Notes: a model not told the origin generated them from the letters alone. Shown: positions 34,324 through 48,307, numbered from the stretch's first letter. The stretch: 64,000 bases of DNA from Bilabrum cf. latius (GCA_965178125.1 OZ237764.1:682001-746000), one strand, 5' to 3'. Made by a program: numbers and translations.

Positions 34324-36349
34324 AGCGTTTGTCGTATCATACTTGCTGCTTGCTTCTGACACCCATCAACGCACTCACGCAGTCCGCATGGCCTCCCGCC
34401 CTTGCTGCTTCCAGCACGTCCATATCCACACCATCCACCACCCCGATCACCCACGCCCCACCAGCCAACTTGCCAAGCCTCAGCCGCTTCTCCAGCTCCA
34501 TGGGCCTCCCCTCCCTTGCGGCCTGAAACACCATCGAGGCATCCCTGTGCGCCTCATGTGCCCGCCGCCACCGCACCAGCTGGTCCCCCCGTCTGGGATC
34601 CAGGTGCTTCACACGAGCCAGCTCCCCTGCGGGCACTAGCTCAAAAAGCTTGCCCAGCACCTCTCGGGGCCTGGCTCCCCGCTTGCTGCTGTACAGAGCT
34701 TTAGGCACCGGCAAATGCTCCGTCATGCTCCCGTATGACATGTGCAATTCCGTTTCCCTGCATGCCACATCCAGCCACGTCGCACCGGTCTCGCTGTCTA
34801 GCCCTTGTTGGTACACCCGGGTGCCCCAGTAAACTGACATTGATTTGTACGTTACATCGAATCAGTTCTAGAACCTCCGGTTAGGGTTGCTAGAAAATGC
34901 GAGGGCGTGCTGGGCCCCGGCTCCTCGGGCGGTTGACCACCCGTGGCGCCACAAGGGGACCCGGCTGCTGGTGCAGCCTGCGCGCCTGACGCGGGTAAGC
35001 AAAGTGCCTACCCACCGGAGGTATCATTCAATCATACAATGTAAGCAGATGCGCTCGAAGATCTAAACACCCAGCCAGTGGCTGGGAAAAGTCACCCGAG
35101 CTCGGTGCCGCCCTCTCAGTGAGGTGACGACCCCTACATCCAAATCCCTCAGAGTGTCTGCATGGCCTGGACTATAAAGACCGAAAATGTTCCGGAAGAA
35201 AACTATCCATGCCTGGGTGCCGCCCTCTCGTTGAGATGACGACCCCGTCTTCTGCTGACTGTCCCGCGGTGTGATTTGTTGGCTGAGGATGCCGACAAAC
35301 TCACGCGCGATCCTGGGTGCCGCCCTTCGGTGTCCGGTGGCGACCCCTGTACCTCTGGGTGTTGAGTCATGATCCCTGCCCTGCAAGATATGCGCTATCG
35401 TTGCGCCAAATCGCAGGCCCTGGGCTGTCCTCGCGCTCCAAATTGCTGTGGTACGCGTGGGCTCTTTGCCCCATCATTCAGGGACTTGAGTCATGACACT
35501 CCTCTCTGCACTTCCTCTACACTTTGCGGGTGGGCGGGAAAACTTTTGCAAGCTGACTCAGAACTACACTACATTGTAGTACGTGTCTTCTTGAGCACTG
35601 CCGAGATCAGTATCTTCGGCGTACCCTCGGGAAGATGAGTCGGCCTTCACGCAAATCAATCCCAGTTTCTACAGTTCCGGTCTTACTGATTGTAACCCCA
35701 GACCTGCTAAAAACTGACATTGATTTGTACGTTACATCGAATCAGTTCTAGAACCTCCGGTTAGGGTTGCTAGAAAATGCGAGGGCGTGCTGGGCCCCGG
35801 CTCCTCGGGCGGTTGACCACCCGTGGCGCCACAAGGGGACCCGGCTGCTGGTGCAGCCTGCGCCGTACTGACCCGCAGATTTGGCCACCTGTGGCCACTG
35901 CGGCTTGCCGCCCTACGCATACTGACCTGTGGGTCACATTAATCCGCTCCTTGGATATAGTCGCCACGATGGCTGCTGTCCGCTTTGCTTGCCACTAGTG
36001 GTAGTCATCTGTCGGTGGTGACCACCGTGGAGCCACTTGCATCGACTGTTGTGTTGAACTGTCAGGTTATGGTGGCTGATCTGCAGCATTCACCGTACCA
36101 CCGATGAGCCTAGTCGTTGATCGCAACCAGAGATGTCAATTATATACGAAATCCTCGCCGAGCTTAATACTGGTGCCTAAGATGCATTCAAGTACACAGG
36201 TTGCTGCGGGAGTGATCATCGCTTTCGTCGTTGTTAGTGCTATCCATTCGACAGGACCTCCCAGTCTAGCTTACAAATGGTGCATATGGTGCTGCTCATT
36301 TTGTCCTGTCGTTGCTAGTGCTGTTCATCCGGAACTTACAAAACTCTGT

Positions 36350-36955
36350 TGTCGAGCTGCGTCCCTGCAAATGGTGCAATTGCTCACACAGGCTGCCTTG
36401 GGGATGGGCATCTCCTCCTTGGCAGCTAGTGCTGTTACTATGACAAGACCTCCTGGTCGAGCTGTTCAATGGTGTACATGGTGCAATTGCTCACACAGGC
36501 TGCCTTGGGGGTGGTCATCTCCTCCTTGGCAGCTAGTGCTGTCGCTATGACAAGACCTCCTGGTCGAGCTGTTCAATGGTGTACATGGTGCAATTGCTCA
36601 CACAGGCTGCCTTGGGGGTTGTCATCTCCTCCTTGGCAGCTAGTGCTGTCGCTATGACAAGACCTTCTGGTCGAGCTGTTCAATGGTGTACATGGTGCAA
36701 TTGCTCACACAGGCTGCCTTGGGGATGGTCATCTCCTCCTTGGCAGCTAGTGCTGTCGCTATGACAAGACCTCCTGGTCGAGCTGTCCAATGGTGCACAT
36801 GGTGCAATTGCTCACACAGGCTGCCTTGGGGGTGGTCATCTCCTCCTTGGCGGCTAGTGCTGTCGCTATGACAAGACCTTCTGGTCGAGCTGTTTCATGG
36901 TGCACATGGTGCAATTGCTCACACAGGCTGCCTTGGGGGTGGTCATCTCCTCCTT
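36350..36955. repeat. 107-bp tandem repeat, array 1 (~5.5 copies)
   Basis: Unit starts at 36469, 36576, 36683, 36790 and 36897. Confidence 0.95.
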
Positions 36956-36956
36956 T

Positions 36957-37417
36957 GCATGTGGTCGTAGTCCCGAGAAATCCACGACGATCCTGGCCTA
37001 TTCACTTGGTACTATGCGTCGCTGCATGCCCACGCCGGGGCTGAGCTTCCAAGCGTACTTCCGGACCAGCAAGGCTCTCGGCATATCTGATGTTGCTGGT
37101 GTCGATGTAACTCGAATGAATCCTGCCTCAACCTGCTTGCGAATCTCAGTAAACAGGGCTGATTGCGTTGAGGTACCTTCGTGCCAGTCGGCGTCCCCAC
37201 CGTCTCGTGGAGCCTTGATCGCTGCGTCAGGCTCGAGGTACCAGTGGAAAGGCGCGCCATACTTGCGTAAGACGTGCAACACCTCCGCCACCGGACAACA
37301 CTGCGTGGTGCAGATTGAGAATGTAGCTGGCTGCATCCAATACAGTTTGTCCCCACTGTGCACTTGCATGCTCCTCAGTGCGCTGCTCTGCGAGTTCATG
37401 CCGCTACGTTGCTCCAC
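36957..37417 (-). pseudogene. Remnant N-terminal part of a reverse transcriptase
   Basis: VLHVLRKYGAPF...EIRKQVEAGFIRV...LLVRK...(Q)ARIVVDFS resembles RT motifs 1-2; cut by the 107-bp array. Confidence 0.55.
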
Positions 37418-37772
37418 AATAGCCCTCTCGGTGTGCTCTGCTCTGGCTCCCTGACGGGCTACGAGAGTTCGCTCCTGGGTGGCCTGCTTTACAGCGGACG
37501 ACTAATTCCTCGAAGCCTCCTCCCGGGTCCCCCCAAGGCTAACTCTAGCATCAAGGGATGGTCCCGTGGATTTGACAGGCAGTATGAGTCCCCCTTCGCC
37601 GTGACCTAGTCGGACCTCTCCTTCTAGTGCGAACGTCGGAGGCACTCTGCCGCCTTGCTGCTGCTACGTCGGTGCTGATGTTCGTGCTGCTTCCTACTAC
37701 CGCGGCTGCCCTGTGACCTGGCCCTTCTGCGCCTCGCGCTGGGGGTGCTGTCGTCGCGCCGCTAGTAGATGT

Positions 37773-38113
37773 TCTCCTCCTTGGCCGCCAGTGCTGTCGC
37801 TATGACAAGACCTTCTGGTCGAGCTGTTCAATGGTGCATATGGTGCAATTGCTCACACAGGCTGCATTGGGGATGGTCATCTCCTCCTTGGCAGCTAGTG
37901 CTGTCGCTATGACAAGACATCCTGGTCGAGCTGTTTCATGGTGCATATGGTGCAATTGCTCACACAGGCTGCCTTGGGGGTGGTCATCGCCTCCTTGGCA
38001 GCTAGTGCTGTCGCTATGACAAGACCTCCTGGTCGAGCTGTTTCATGGTGCATATGGTGCAATTGCTCACACAGGCTGCCTTGGGGGTGGTCATCTCCTC
38101 CTTGGCGGCTAGT
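37773..38113. repeat. 107-bp tandem repeat, array 2 (~3 copies)
   Basis: Unit starts at 37831, 37938 and 38045. Confidence 0.92.
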
Positions 38114-38154
38114 GATGTCGCGGTTGAGCATCGTAACACAACCTTAAGTTATCC

Positions 38155-41100
38155 AATGGACGACTCGCAGCAACCCACCCAGGCTCGCCAAGCTGCCCAC
38201 AGCAGCAAAGGCGGCCAGTGGCAGGCGCATTCAGGCGCCATCACAGACAAAGGCAAGCGGACGTCAAATGGACGACGCGCAGCAACCCACCCAGGCTCGC
38301 CAAGCTGCCCACAGCAGCAAAGGCGGCCAGTGGCAGGCGCATCAAGGCGCCATCACAGACAAAAGCAAGCGGACGTCAAATGGACGACGCGCAGCAACCC
38401 ACCCAGGCTCGCCAAGCTGCCCACAGCAGCAAAGGTGGCCAGTGGCAGGCGCATCAAGGCGCCATCACAGACAAAGGCAAGCGGACGTCAAATGGACGAC
38501 GCGCAGCAACCCACCCAGGCTCGCCAAGCTGCCCACAGCAGCAAAGGCGGCCAGTGGCAGGCGCATCAAGGCGCCATCACAGACAAAGGCAAGCGGACGT
38601 CAAATGGACGACGCGCAGCAACCCACCCAGGCTCGCCAAGCTGCCCACAGCAGCAAGGTGGCCAGTGGCAGGCGCATCAAGGCGCCATCACAGACAAAGG
38701 CAAGCGGACGTCAAATGGACGATGCGCAGCAACCCACCCAGGCTCGCCAAGCTGCGCACAGCAGCGAAGGCGTCCAGTGGCAGGCGCATCAAGGCGCCAT
38801 CACAGACAAAGGCAAGCGGACGTCAAATGGACGACGCGCAGCAACCCACCCAGGCTCGCCAAGCTGCGCACAGCAGCAAAGGCGGCCAGTGGCAGGCGCA
38901 GTCAGGCGCCATCACAGACAAAGGCAAGCGGACGTCAAATGGACGACGCGCAGCAACCCACCCAGGCTCGCCAAGCTGCGCACAGCAGCGAAGGCGTCCA
39001 GTGGCAGGCGCATTCAGGCGCCATCACAGACAAAGGCAAGCGGACGTCAAATGGACGATGCGCAGCAACCCACCCAGGCTCGCCAAGCTGCCCACAGCAG
39101 CAAAGGTGGCCAGTGGCAGGCGCAGTCAGGCGCCATCACAGACAAAGGCAAGCGGACGTCATATGGACGACGCGCAGCAACCCACCCAGGCTCGCCAAGC
39201 TGCGCACAGCAGCAAAGGCGGCCAGTGGCAGGCGCATCAAGGCGCCATCACAGACAAAGGCAAGCGGACGTCAAATGGACGATGCGCAGCAACCCACCCA
39301 GGCTCGCCAAGCTGCGCACAGCAGCAAAGGTGGCCAGTGGCAGGCGCATTCAGGCGCCATCACAGACAAAGGCAAGCGGACGTCAAATGGACGACGCGCA
39401 GCAACCCACCCAGGCTCGCCAAGCTGCCCACAGCAGCAAAGGCGGCCAGTGGCAGGCGCATCAAGGCGCCATCACAGACAAAAGCAAGCGGACGTCAAAT
39501 GGACGACGCGCAGCAACCCACCCAGGCTCGCCAAGCTGCCCACAGCAGCAAAGGTGGCCAGTGGCAGGCGCATCAAGGCGCCATCACAGACAAAGGCAAG
39601 CGGACGTCAAATGGACGATGCGCAGCAACCCACCCAGGCTCGCCAAGCTGCGCACAGCAGCGAAGGCGTCCAGTGGCAGGCGCATCAAGGCGCCATCACA
39701 GACAAAGGCAAGCGGACGTCAAATGGACGACGCGCAGCAACCCACCCAGGCTCGCCAAGCTGCGCACAGCAGCAAAGGCGGCCAGTGGCAGGCGCAGTCA
39801 GGCGCCATCACAGACAAAGGCAAGCGGACGTCAAATGGACGACGCGCAGCAACCCACCCAGGCTCGCCAAGCTGCGCACAGCAGCGAAGGCGTCCAGTGG
39901 CAGGCGCATTCAGGCGCCATCACAGACAAAGGCAAGCGGACGTCAAATGGACGATGCGCAGCAACCCACCCAGGCTCGCCAAGCTGCCCACAGCAGCAAA
40001 GGTGGCCAGTGGCAGGCGCAGTCAGGCGCCATCACAGACAAAGGCAAGCGGACGTCAAATGGACGACGCGCAGCAACCCACCCAGACTCGCCAAGCTGCG
40101 CACAGCAGCAAGGTGGCCAATGGCAGACGCTTCAAGGCGCCATCACAGACAAAGGCAAGCGGACGTCAAATGGACGACGCGCAGCAACCCACCCAGGCTC
40201 GCCAAGCTGCCCACAGCAGCAAAGGCGGCCAGTGGCAGGCGCATCAAGGCGCCATCACAGACAAAGGCAAGCGGACGTCAAATGGACGACGCGCAGCAAC
40301 CCACCCAGGCTCGCCAAGCTGCGCACAGCAGCAAAGGCGGCCAGTGGCAGGCGCAGTCAGGCGCCATCACAGACAAAGGCAAGCGGACGTCAAATGGACG
40401 ACGCGCAGCAACCCACCCAGGCTCGCCAAGCTGCGCACAGCAGCGAAGGCGTCCAGTGGCAGGCGCATTCAGGCGCCATCACAGACAAAGGCAAGCGGAC
40501 GTCAAATGGACGATGCGCAGCAACCCACCCAGGCTCGCCAAGCTGCCCACAGCAGCAAAGGTGGCCAGTGGCAGGCGCAGTCAGGCGCCATCACAGACAA
40601 AGGCAAGCGGACGTCAAATGGACGATGCGCAGCAACCCACCCAGGCTCGCCAAGCTGCGCACAGCAGCGAAGGCGTCCAGTGGCAGGCGCATCAAGGCGC
40701 CATCACAGACAAAGGCAAGCGGACGTCAAATGGACGACGCGCAGCAACCCACCCAGGCTCGCCAAGCTGCGCACAGCAGCAAAGGCGGCCAGTGGCAGGC
40801 GCAGTCAGGCGCCATCACAGACAAAGGCAAGCGGACGTCAAATGGACGACGCGCAGCAACCCACCCAGGCTCGCCAAGCTGCGCACAGCAGCGAAGGCGT
40901 CCAGTGGCAGGCGCATTCAGGCGCCATCACAGACAAAGGCAAGCGGACGTCAAATGGACGATGCGCAGCAACCCACCCAGGCTCGCCAAGCTGCCCACAG
41001 CAGCAAAGGTGGCCAGTGGCAGGCGCAGTCAGGCGCCATCACAGACAAAGGCAAGCGGACGTCATATGGACGACGCGCAGCAACCCACCCAGGCTCGCCA

Positions 41101-43144
41101 AGCTGCGCACAGCAGCAAAGGTGGCCAATGGCAGACGCTTCAAGGCGCCATCACAGACAAAGGCAAGCGGACGTCAAATGGACGACGCGCAGCAACCCAC
41201 CCAGGCTCGCCAAGCTGCGCACAGCAGCAAAGGCGGTCTGTGGCAGGCGCAGTCAGGCGCCATCACAGACAAAGGCAAGCGGACGTCAAATGGACGACGC
41301 GCAGCAACCCACCCAGGCTCGCCAAGCTGCCCACAGCAGCAAAGGCGTCCAGTGGCAGGCGCATTCAGGCGCCATCACAGACAAAGGCAAGCGGACGTCA
41401 AATGGACGATGCGCAGCAACCCACCCAGGCTCGCCAAGCTGCCCACAGCAGCAAAGGTGGCCAGTGGCAGGCGCAGTCAGGCGCCATCACAGACAAAGGC
41501 AAGCGGACGTCAAATGGACGACGCGCAGCAACCCACCCAGACTCGCCAAGCTGCGCACAGCAGCAAGGTGGCCAATGGCAGACGCTTCAAGGCGCCATCA
41601 CAGACAAAGGCAAGCGGACGTCAAATGGACGACGCGCAGCAACCCACCCAGGCTCGCCAAGCTGCCCACAGCAGCAAAGGCGGCCAGTGGCAGGCGCATC
41701 AAGGCGCCATCATAGACAAAGGCAAGCGGACGCCAAATGGACGACGCGCAGCAACCCACCCAGGCTCGCCAAGCTGCCCACAGCAGCAAAGGCGGCCAAT
41801 GGCAGGCGCATCAAGGCGCCATCATTGACAAAGGCAAGCGGACGTCAAATGGACGACGCGCAGCAACCCACCCAGGCTCGCCAAGCTGCGCACAGCAGCA
41901 AAGGCGTCCAGTGGCAGGCGCAGTCAGGCGCCATCCCAAACTAAGGCAAGCGGACGTCAAATGGACGACGCGCAGCAACCCACCCAGGCTCGCCAAGCTG
42001 CCCACAGCAGCAAAGGCGGCCAGTGGCAGGCGCATCAAGGCGCCATCACAGACAAAGGCAAGCGGACGTCAAATGGACGACGCGCAGCAACCCACCCAGG
42101 CTCGCCAAGCTGCCCACAGCAGCAAGGCGGCCAGCGGCAGGCGCATCAAGGCGCCATCACAGACAAAGGCAAGCGGACGCCAAATGGACAACGCGCAGCA
42201 ACCCACCCAGGCTCGCCAAGCTGCCCACAGCAGCAAAGGCGGCCAGTGGCAGGCGCATCAAGGCGCCATCATAGACAAAGGCAAGCGGACGTCAAATGGA
42301 CGACGCGCAGCAACCCACCCAGGCTCGCCAAGCTGCCCACAGCAGCAAAGGCGGCCAGTGGCAGGCGCATCAAGGCGCCATCACAGACAAAGGCAAGCGG
42401 ACGTCAAATGGACGACGCGCAGCAACCCACCCAGGCTCGCCAAGCTGCCCACAGCAGCAAAGGTGGCCAGTGGCAGGCGCAGTCAGGCGCCATCACAGAC
42501 AAAGGCAAGCGGACGTCAAGTGGACGACGCGCAGCAACCCACCCAGGCTCGCCAAGCTGCCCACAGCAGCAAGGCGGCCAGTGGCAGGCGCATCAAGGCG
42601 CCATCACAGACAAAGGCAAGCGGACGTCAAATGGACGACGCGCAGCAACCCACCCAGGCTCGCCAAGCTGCCCACAGCAGCAAGGTGGCCAGTGGCAGGC
42701 GCATCAAGGCGCCATCACAGACAAAGGCAAGCGGACGTCAAATGGACGACGCGCAGCAACCCACCCAGGCTCGCCAAGCTGCCCACAGCAGCAAAGGCGG
42801 CCAGTGGCAGGCGCATCAAGGCGCCATCAAAGAAGAAACAAGCGGACGTCAAATGGACGACGCGCAGCAACCCACCCAGGCTCGCCAAGCTGCCCACAGC
42901 AGCAAGGCGGCCAGCGGCAGGCGCATCAAGGCGCCATCACAGACAAAAGCAAGCGGACGTCAAATGGACAACGCGCAGCAACCCACCCAGGCTCGCCAAG
43001 CTGCCCACAGCAGCAAAGGCGGCCAGTGGCAGGCGCATCAAGGCGCCATCACAGACAAAGGCAAGCGGACGTCAAATGGACGACGCGCAGCAACCCACCC
43101 AGGCTCGCCAAGCTGCCCACAGCAGCAAGGTGGCCAGTGGCAGG
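38155..43144. repeat. 112-bp satellite, ~44 copies
   Basis: Unit AATGGACGACGCGCAGCAACCCACCCAGGCTCGCCAAGCTG...GCAAGCGGACGTCA; occasional 111-bp variants. Confidence 0.98.
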
Positions 43145-44647
43145 CCCCGTTTGCGACACAATGTTAATAATAATCTTGATTTACGATTCACTAGCGGCCT
43201 TGCTATGGTTTTTGGGATGCAATACAAGCATAAGTCGAGTTGCGCAGTGTTGTGCCTTGACGTGCCGTGTGCGTTATGAAGCAGCGCCGGGTGAAATGCA
43301 CTCGCAGCAGACCTTTGGCAGCAACTATGCAATAAGTGCATATACCAGCGTGCGTTTGACATGGGTTATGTTTACTTTTTCCTTATAGGGATCAACCTGA
43401 GACGAACACATCCCGATTGCCCTTGGAGCCAGCCGATAGGCCTCTCGAAAACTTTTAAAACTTTTGCAAGCTGACTCAGAACTACACTACATTGTAGTAC
43501 GTGTCTTCTTGAGCACTGCCGAGATCAGTATCTTCGGCGTACCCTCGGGAAGATGAGTCGGCCTTCACGCAAATCAATCCCAGTTTCTACAGTTCCGGTC
43601 TTACTGATTGTAACCCCAGACCTGCTAAGCAGGAGAATAGCAAGAGAGGCAGCTGATTTCTCATCGCATGCTTGCTGTGCAGCATACACTACTACAGCTT
43701 GCCGCTACCGATCAAGCCAGCAGTTGAATATTTCTTCATGCGTTACAGACTACCAACCTGTATCCAGGGTACCGGCTCGACACATATACTCGAGGGATTG
43801 CAGCGCGCTTTGGCGAATGAAGCTCAAAACCAGTGTCACTTGTTTCTGCGTGATATCGATCAATGCAAGCTCAATCAGTCACTCACTGAACTTTCACTAT
43901 CCAAGGCAGGACACTAGCATGGCATGATGCACGGGGTAGACTTCTTGCTCACACATCGCAATCTTGCAGACTTGGACAGAGCTCGCTACAGCACTGCAGG
44001 GCGATCGAACGCTCCAAGTGCATAAGATATACTCATAAACTGCGTGAAAGGAAGACACTCTGTGTTGTAATGAACCATGGCGACAATTGCTGTGCATGTC
44101 TTGACAAGATTTGCATCGTGCTCACGCTGTGGAGCTCGCCATCGAGTGTCAAGTTCCTGGGCCAATGTGTCCTGCATAGCTTCGCTTCATACTTATCGAA
44201 CAATGCAATGGCGACGGCATCATTGCGATCATTCAAGGCTTGAAGAAAGCGCCTTTTCAATGCTGCCCACTCCCTGCAATCAATAAAACCGAAGATTGTA
44301 GCAGAAAAATCAATCAGGAAACAAACAGCAAATACTCATATATTCACCCATACAATAAGCCGTACACACCTCATCTGGTCAACGCAGCTATTCTCAGGGC
44401 AGTCCTCGCGTGGACGATAGCCAACCCGAAGTGTACTTGTGTAAGCCTCTCTCAAGGATTCACGCGATACCATCCTACACAACTATCCACACTTTGCAAA
44501 CGAGTAAACGCGAACTCAGGCCCAAATGTATTGCTGTGTCCAGACACCAGCAAACTGTGATTGATTCTTACTTTAGCTTCTGTGAGAGTGAGAACCAAAC
44601 AAACCTTCCACCGCCGGCGTGACCAAAGAGCACCTAGCAAGGCAACC

Positions 44648-45826
44648 TCAGAATCCCACACCAGCTATCGACCCGCCCTCCACGCCCTCCACAAACGCAC
44701 TCAAATCAAGACAACTAGGCACTTCACCACAACCAGACCCTCCCGCACCAGCCTTGCAACCAGCCGATGCACCGGATGCCCCGCCAGCCCCACCATCACC
44801 AGCCCCGCCATCACCCGCCCCGCCATCACAAGCCCCGCCCCCCAGCACGAACTTCACCTGCCGAGGCACGTCCAGCACGACCACCCGCACCGAATCATCA
44901 CCGTCCCCGTCCCGCACCCAGGCCTTGTCGCACGCCATCCGCACCTCGTCCGCAGCCGTGTCGTCCTCGGGCCCCGCGAAGAAGAAGCGCGTCTGCCCCT
45001 CCGCCCCCCTCGTCACGTCGAACCGCCGACTGGCCACCTCCTCCAGCGCAGAGCGGAGTTTCTCCGATTTCTCCGCGTCCGTCAGCCTGTCCGCAAGCAC
45101 CACCACGCAGCGGGTGCTGTTGAGCGCGCTGCCCGCACTCCGCAGCGGCGCCACCGGAGCCAGCCACGGGAACTGCGCGGCGCCCGTCTCTGGTTCCGCA
45201 GCGATGGACTTGGCGTTGCGGTGCACCATCCAGCTCGTGGGAGCGTGGAGGATGGTGAGCTGCGGAATCTTCTGCACCCTGCACGCCAGGGCCAGCTGCT
45301 GGCTCACGGCCCCGGCACCCGCCCCCGCCTCACCGCCGTCTGCGTCAAACCGCAGCATGGGGAAGGGCATGGTCCCGGCGTACTCCTCCGTCTGGCCCCT
45401 GTCCGTGTCCGCCGACACGAAGATCACCTCGGAGCCGGGCCGGGCTGGCTCGTCGGACTTGCTCTCCTCCTCCTCCTTGGCTTCCTGCTCGACCCCTGAC
45501 GCTGCCCCGGCTCCAGAGGCGGCTCCAGCCTCGGCATCGGCCGGCGACGCAGCCTTCGCCGGTGCGGAACCGGCGCCGCGCGATCCGATCATAGCGATGG
45601 CGGGATACATGCCCGCCAGCCTGGGAGTGAAGGTCTTGCACGGCTTGCAGAAGGCAGCGCTGAAGTACAGAGCCACGTACTCGCTGCGAGCGCACACCTC
45701 CTGTTGCGTCTCTTCTCTCCCGTCCTTGTGCTGGATGACGGCGTCTTTGCGGCGAGCGATCTGGGCGAAGGTGGGCCGGCTGCAGGGGAAGTTCAGTCCG
45801 GCGGAATCATCCATGACTTCGGTGCG
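44648..45826 (-). pseudogene. Nucleoredoxin-like copy 2 (second Trx domain and C-terminus only)
   Basis: Matches 49827-50985 but lacks the 5' exons; YFSAAFCKPC motif. Confidence 0.75.
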
Positions 45827-45978
45827 TTCCGTTTTGTGTCAGCCTCTTGTTTTGCCTTTTGCCAATCACGCCATTGTTGCGTTCGATTCATGGAGGCTCT
45901 GGTTTATTCTAGAAACTGCATCGGATTGGCCAGCGTGTACTTCAGGGCTCAAGCTGAAGCTAAATCTGGTGCGGCTCC

Positions 45979-48294
45979 ATGCAAACGGTACTGGTAAAGA
46001 TGGCGGCTGTTGCTGCATTCTTGCTAGTGATGCTAGTGGTCGCTCCTGCAGCTGTGGCCGAAGAGCAAGGAGATTCGTTGATGCTGCGGCATGATACCAT
46101 GGTACAGCGACCTGACGGTATTCCGAAATCCGCCAGGAACTTCTTAAAGAAAGAGCAAAAGAGACGAGCTGGCAAGAGAAAGACGGGCAAGCAGGAAACC
46201 TAGCCTTCGGGCGGTCAATCGAGTAAGATCTCAGCCCAAGGTAGAACAGTCCATTCAATGCTGAAAGTCGGCATTATTTATGCATGGCCACAGACCTTAT
46301 CGATTGAGGTAAGAGGCGAACTAGTGCACATCGACATGGGTGTCAAGGTCGGCATGACCAGCGATCGTTTCGAGCTTGACAAGCTCGATCCGGACAGCCT
46401 GGTCCTAGCCACCCAAGTCGGATTCGGTGCAGAGGCAGCACAGTCTGCCGGCAGTGCGTCATTCGAGCCATACATCACTCAGGTATCGTCCAAAGATCCG
46501 CCGATTGCCGCTGTGGCCGGAAGCTCGGGTCCCAGCGTCGATTCATAGGGCGCTGGGAGCAAAGCTTCCGGTGCTGTTGATTCTGCGGGTCAATCCGGCT
46601 CCTTGGAGTCTGTATCCTCTTCCGGTGCTCCGCTCTTCCCGACGAGCACCACCTCCAGCGCTTCTGCTCAGAAGCCAGCCACTAGCGCGGAGTTCCCATC
46701 CGATGGCACCGGCGCAGTGGGCTCTGGTGCTGGATAGGACAAGGCTTCGACGGCAACTGGAGGGGCAGCCAGCGCGGCCTATAGTGAGCATACCTTGCCT
46801 GCCGGTGCATCAATCGGTCCCTCAGTGCCCATGAGCGGGGCATCGGCGAGTGCTTCCTACCAGCAGTCCCCAGGTGGTGCCAAGGACCAACAGAAGATCT
46901 GGAGCGGCTTCCTCGAACTGAGCCACAGGGTTCTATCGCGCGCTCTGGACACGCTTGCGAGTGGGAATCCCGCCATCCTCAACTTCTGGCGCGAGGAAGT
47001 GCAGGGGGACGAGGGATCAGTTGTGTCATCCGATGGCTCGTCCACAGGGTCATCGCCACACAAGAAGCCGAGGCAAGAAGACCACGCCGGGGACGGTTCG
47101 GATGGTGAGGACGGTGACCATGGCCAGCAAGCCAGTGGTGGCGCGGCTTCCAAAGCAGGGGTGCCCGAAGCGGGCTACCCGCTCAGGATGGTGATGCCAC
47201 CCGTCGACGCGGACCAGCCCATCAGTTCACTCACGAGGATCACCAAGATGTCCACTCTGCTCGTGAGCATGGACCACTTCTTCGCAGCGCATTTCCTGGT
47301 AGATGCAGGGCAACATGCCGGGTCTGCATCGGTGATCCCTGAGCCACTTGATGCGGGCAAGGTGGAGGAGTCATCCAAGGTTGCCCTGGACAGTGCCAGC
47401 GATGTGCTTGCCAAGGCTGGTTCCAGCGATTCGTTGGATGCAGTGCAGCGATTCTTGTCGCGGTTCCCAGACTCGGATGGGGAGACGCATAGCAGGCCAG
47501 CAAGCTCGGCTGAGTCCAGCGAGAGCATGGCAATGGCATCCGGGCCGGCGTCTGGGCCTGGTGCAGCAGAACCAGACCCACGGTCTGGCGCGAAGCGTCC
47601 TCGCACGATTGCAGTGCGTGGTGGCAAGGTCGAGCATCCAGCCGGGCAGCCGATGCATTACTCGCATGGCGCGCAGACTGTGGAGAGGATGGCCCACCTG
47701 AACCTGCAAGCATTCGGGCTGGTGAAGCTGGGCTCCCTTGCTGGCACGACGGAGACATTCATACCTCTGGTATAGGTCACTTCTGGGATGACGACTGCCG
47801 ACCTGAGAACGCGCATCACGACTGCGATTATTGGCGTGAAAAACCTAGCGAAAGTGTTTGCAGTTCTGCTGGACCATGATTCGTTCTCAAAGATCATGCG
47901 GGAGGTGTACGCATTCAAGCAGAAGCTGGCCCCTGGTTGGCGCGCAGGAGGGATCAACCGTTCCACGCTGAACCAAGTGTACATTGCCCATTTGCAGAGT
48001 GCGCTGAACGAAGCCATGGAGACCTGCCAACGAGTGGCTCTCGTGGATTCTTTGGTGGACGTGGGCGAGATCGCGATTCGCCTGGCGGAGCTGGGTGTTG
48101 TCGTGAACATGCGACCAGGAGAGGGCCAAGAATGGCTCAAGACCTTCACGCCGTCCATATTGCGAGACTTCAGCGAGATGGACTTGACTCCAGCACCCGA
48201 TGAAGACGAAATAGCGATTGAGGCCGTGACATGGGCAGGCCCAATTCACTATGCGCACCACATGCTCCTGCTTAGAGACTGCCCGATGAATTGA
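45979..48294 (+). CDS. Host gene X copy 3, full length (~771 aa), predicted signal peptide
   Basis: MAAVAAFLLVMLVVAPAAVA (ATG 46000); one frame through TAGs at 46201, 46546, ~46735 and 47773 to TGA. Confidence 0.8.
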
Positions 48295-48307
48295 AGCGTT
48301 TGTCGTA

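Larger units (their letters stand above)
34831..43628 (-). mobile_element. Non-autonomous YR retrotransposon with split direct repeats (Ngaro/PAT/TOC1-type), 8798 bp
   Basis: Repeat A (172 bp) at 43457-43628 and 35539-35710; repeat B (153 bp) at 35711-35863 and 34831-34983, giving A1...B1A2-spacer-B2 on the minus strand. No TSD. Confidence 0.88.
34337..44560 (-). pseudogene. Host gene Y copy 2, split by the 8.8 kb element
   Basis: ...GTGCCCCAGT (34830) rejoins GCAGGAGAATAG (43629), as in the intact copies at ~1441-1460 and ~48792-48812. Confidence 0.75.

Noticed and set aside
36350-38113. 107-bp arrays as CRISPR or repeated small genes
   Set aside because: Whole units repeat head-to-tail with no variable spacer.
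38045-43388. 1100-1300 aa ORFs in three frames
   Set aside because: Artefact of a stop-free 112-bp satellite whose period is not a multiple of three.
44619-46094. Plus-strand ORFs opposite nucleoredoxin (also 2453-3193 and 49789-50943) and similar antisense ORFs at 6686-7318 and 59651-60916
   Set aside because: Shadow frames of recognisable genes on the other strand.
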